From an uncultured bacterium (GTDB lineage Bacteria; Abyssobacteria; SURF-5), in contig CAZSKP010000046.1 in NCBI GenBank assembly GCA_964607485.1, forward strand, positions 1 through 28,397: DNA of 28,397 nucleotides. The letters are read 5' to 3'. Both the position numbers and the translations under genes were made by a program. Shown here one piece after another: positions 26,834 through 28,397 of the stretch. The notes under the pieces were generated by a model. It was not told the origin of the DNA. It saw only the letters and a program-made list of their open reading frames with translations, and searched no databases. Position 1 is the first letter of the stretch, and every line of letters starts with the position of its first letter.

Positions 26834-27337
26834 TCAGGGATATACTATCTGCAGCTTTTTCATCACTTCCGCATCGGACATCTGGGAGACTTCCCCGCTG
26901 ACCGCTTTCTCCGCTGCGGATTTTTCGGCGGCTTCCTTAATCAAAACTTCATTTCTACGCACTCGGTTGCGGTCGCGGGCTTCGAGGGAGAACATGCGGA
27001 CTTGCAGATATGGGTCCCTCATATCGGCGAAATAGTCCGACCACTCGAAGGGCATAAACTGTTGTCTGTCGTGATGAATATTGTACCTGAAAAAGGTAAT
27101 GAGAGGAAATGGGACCTCAGACCAACGCTCGGGGAGGTTCCTGCGAAGCCACAGAGCGGTTCGGGCATCATCATCGGTCCAGTCGTGAGCTCCAAGTTGG
27201 CCCGTACCGGAGTAACCCGATTCGGGTCCGATCACCTTCGGAGTCGCCGAATCGGCTACCGCTGCGATGGGCGGGGCAGTCACACAGCCCGACACAAAAA
27301 GAACAACAGCGCAGAGGACGAACAGCAACTTTCTCAT
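26834..27337 (-). CDS. Hypothetical lipoprotein
   Basis: Signal peptide II MRKLLFVLCAVVLFVSG-C (lipobox VSGC); purine-rich RBS; flanked by a promoter and a terminator. No family recognised. Confidence 0.85.
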   Translation of the reverse strand: MRKLLFVLCAVVLFVSGCVTAPPIAAVADSATPKVIGPESGYSGTGQLGAHDWTDDDARTALWLRRNLPERWSEVPFPLITFFRYNIHHDRQQFMPFEWSDYFADMRDPYLQVRMFSLEARDRNRVRRNEVLIKEAAEKSAAEKAVSGEVSQMSDAEVMKKLQIVYP

Positions 27338-27389
27338 GTTACCCCCCTCTTCCTCAACGTTTGATCACGTGCCGCATCGACTTTTTATA

Positions 27390-27418
27390 ATTATACTGCG
27401 CCCTCCTGAATTTGTCAA
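27390..27418 (-). promoter_or_regulatory. Consensus sigma70 promoter of the lipoprotein gene
   Basis: Minus strand reads TTGACA (27418-27413), N17, TATAAT (27395-27390): a perfect consensus. Confidence 0.85.
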
Positions 27419-27542
27419 ACAAATTCTTGCGCCGCAATGCCTTGTGAACGCCAGAGGCGCCATCGCCAGCCCGCCGCGAATCGCGCGGCGTTTGACTCCG
27501 TCCATCCCCGTCTTTGCGCCCTTGCTTCCTCGGGAAAACGGC

Positions 27543-28280
27543 TCACAGGCTCCTTAGCAGGGCAATCATCACTTCTTCCAGAACGTCAATGCTTCGGTCG
27601 AATCCCGATTTCAGACGAAGCAGTTCAAGAAAAAGCCTCGGCCGCCCGACACAGAAGGCAAACGCCTTGAGCAACCGGATTTTTCCATTGCGATCGAAAA
27701 TGGCGGCGGCCTCTGGCGGAATCCTGTCGGCCGAGGAATCCGAAATCGTACGGACCGAAAGCATGCGAATGCCAATTTTCTCGGCCCACGCGGCAACCTG
27801 AGCGCTCTCCATATCAACGGCCAGCGCGCCGTATTTCACGGCCAAGTTTTTCTTCTCCGGCGCCGTTGCGACAACGTTGGGCGTGGATGCGGTGCCGCCC
27901 ACATGGAAGGGAAGTCCCAGCCTCTTGCAACACTCCTCCGCCGTTTCCACGAGCGCCGGAGAGGGACGATACACGCGGCCCCCCTCGGCGTCGTCAATCA
28001 GCCTCTCAGAAATCACTACGTCCCCGGTTTTGATATCTGGGCTCAACGCGCCGGCGCAGCCTATCGAAAGTACACACTGGAGGTTATGCGGTTCTGTTAC
28101 CTCCTCCAACCGACGAGCGGTTTTTTGGGGGCCGACGCCCGTTCTGAGCAAGAGGACCGCTTTAGAGAAGATGGTGCCGCTGACAAGCTTGTCTCTGGAG
28201 AGGTCGGGGGGATTCATCTCGCTCCGAAGGAAGGCTATCTCGCGCTCCATGGCTGCGACTATCGCTATCCGGTCGAACAC
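27543..28280 (-). CDS. Nucleoside phosphorylase / MTA-SAH nucleosidase family protein (HpnG-like)
   Basis: IAIVAAMERE, TGVG, SIGCAGAL, GDVVIS, AVDMESA and VRTISD. GTG start. Confidence 0.85.
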   Translation of the reverse strand: MFDRIAIVAAMEREIAFLRSEMNPPDLSRDKLVSGTIFSKAVLLLRTGVGPQKTARRLEEVTEPHNLQCVLSIGCAGALSPDIKTGDVVISERLIDDAEGGRVYRPSPALVETAEECCKRLGLPFHVGGTASTPNVVATAPEKKNLAVKYGALAVDMESAQVAAWAEKIGIRMLSVRTISDSSADRIPPEAAAIFDRNGKIRLLKAFAFCVGRPRLFLELLRLKSGFDRSIDVLEEVMIALLRSL

Positions 28281-28397
28281 GTGGAGCCTCGCCGGAGTCG
28301 GCTCTGCGGGAGATGTTGTATGGGACCAGTGTATTTGACTGCCGAGGTCGGCAGTGGTATCATTAGCGGAAAAACTTCCGACGTGTCCGGATCATAA

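Noticed and set aside
26745-26836. Possible Sec read-through of the lipoprotein TGA stop, with a hairpin downstream
   Set aside because: The hairpin is a typical terminator with a U-tract, lies too far from the TGA, and there is no redox motif.
27472-27490. Hairpin CGCCGCG-AATCG-CGCGGCG downstream of the nucleosidase gene
   Set aside because: No U-tract on the relevant (minus) strand; too weak to call a terminator.

Overview
Bacterial chromosomal window, GC-rich and gene-dense, with about 25 CDSs, mostly on the minus strand. I found no rRNA, tRNA, CRISPR array, integrase or transposase. Left part (minus strand): a 7-gene glycan assembly operon (2x GT2, 3x GT4, a WecA/MraY-like initiating transferase, and an O-antigen-ligase/O-OTase-like protein with TPR-like repeats) running into aroQ and a truncated Xaa-Pro peptidase. 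Middle: amidohydrolase, PaaI thioesterase, LUD-domain protein, a stand-alone rtcA, wrbA, a REP/MITE-like palindrome, gamma-carbonic anhydrase, M24 peptidase, Ser/Thr kinase and cinA. Right part: YkgJ-type Cys-cluster protein, metallophosphoesterase, GH38 hydrolase, dtd, a CHASE2 adenylate/guanylate cyclase, an orphan lipoprotein and an MTA/SAH-nucleosidase-like protein. The best finding is a gene missing from the ORF track: a 94-aa AhpD/CMD-like protein (15959-16243, minus). Its redox motif reads C-G-H-UGA, and a SECIS-like hairpin starts exactly 11 nt after the UGA, so it is very likely a selenoprotein. It heads an apparent operon with the M24 peptidase and the gamma-CA. Product calls rest on motif recognition by eye; no database searches were run.
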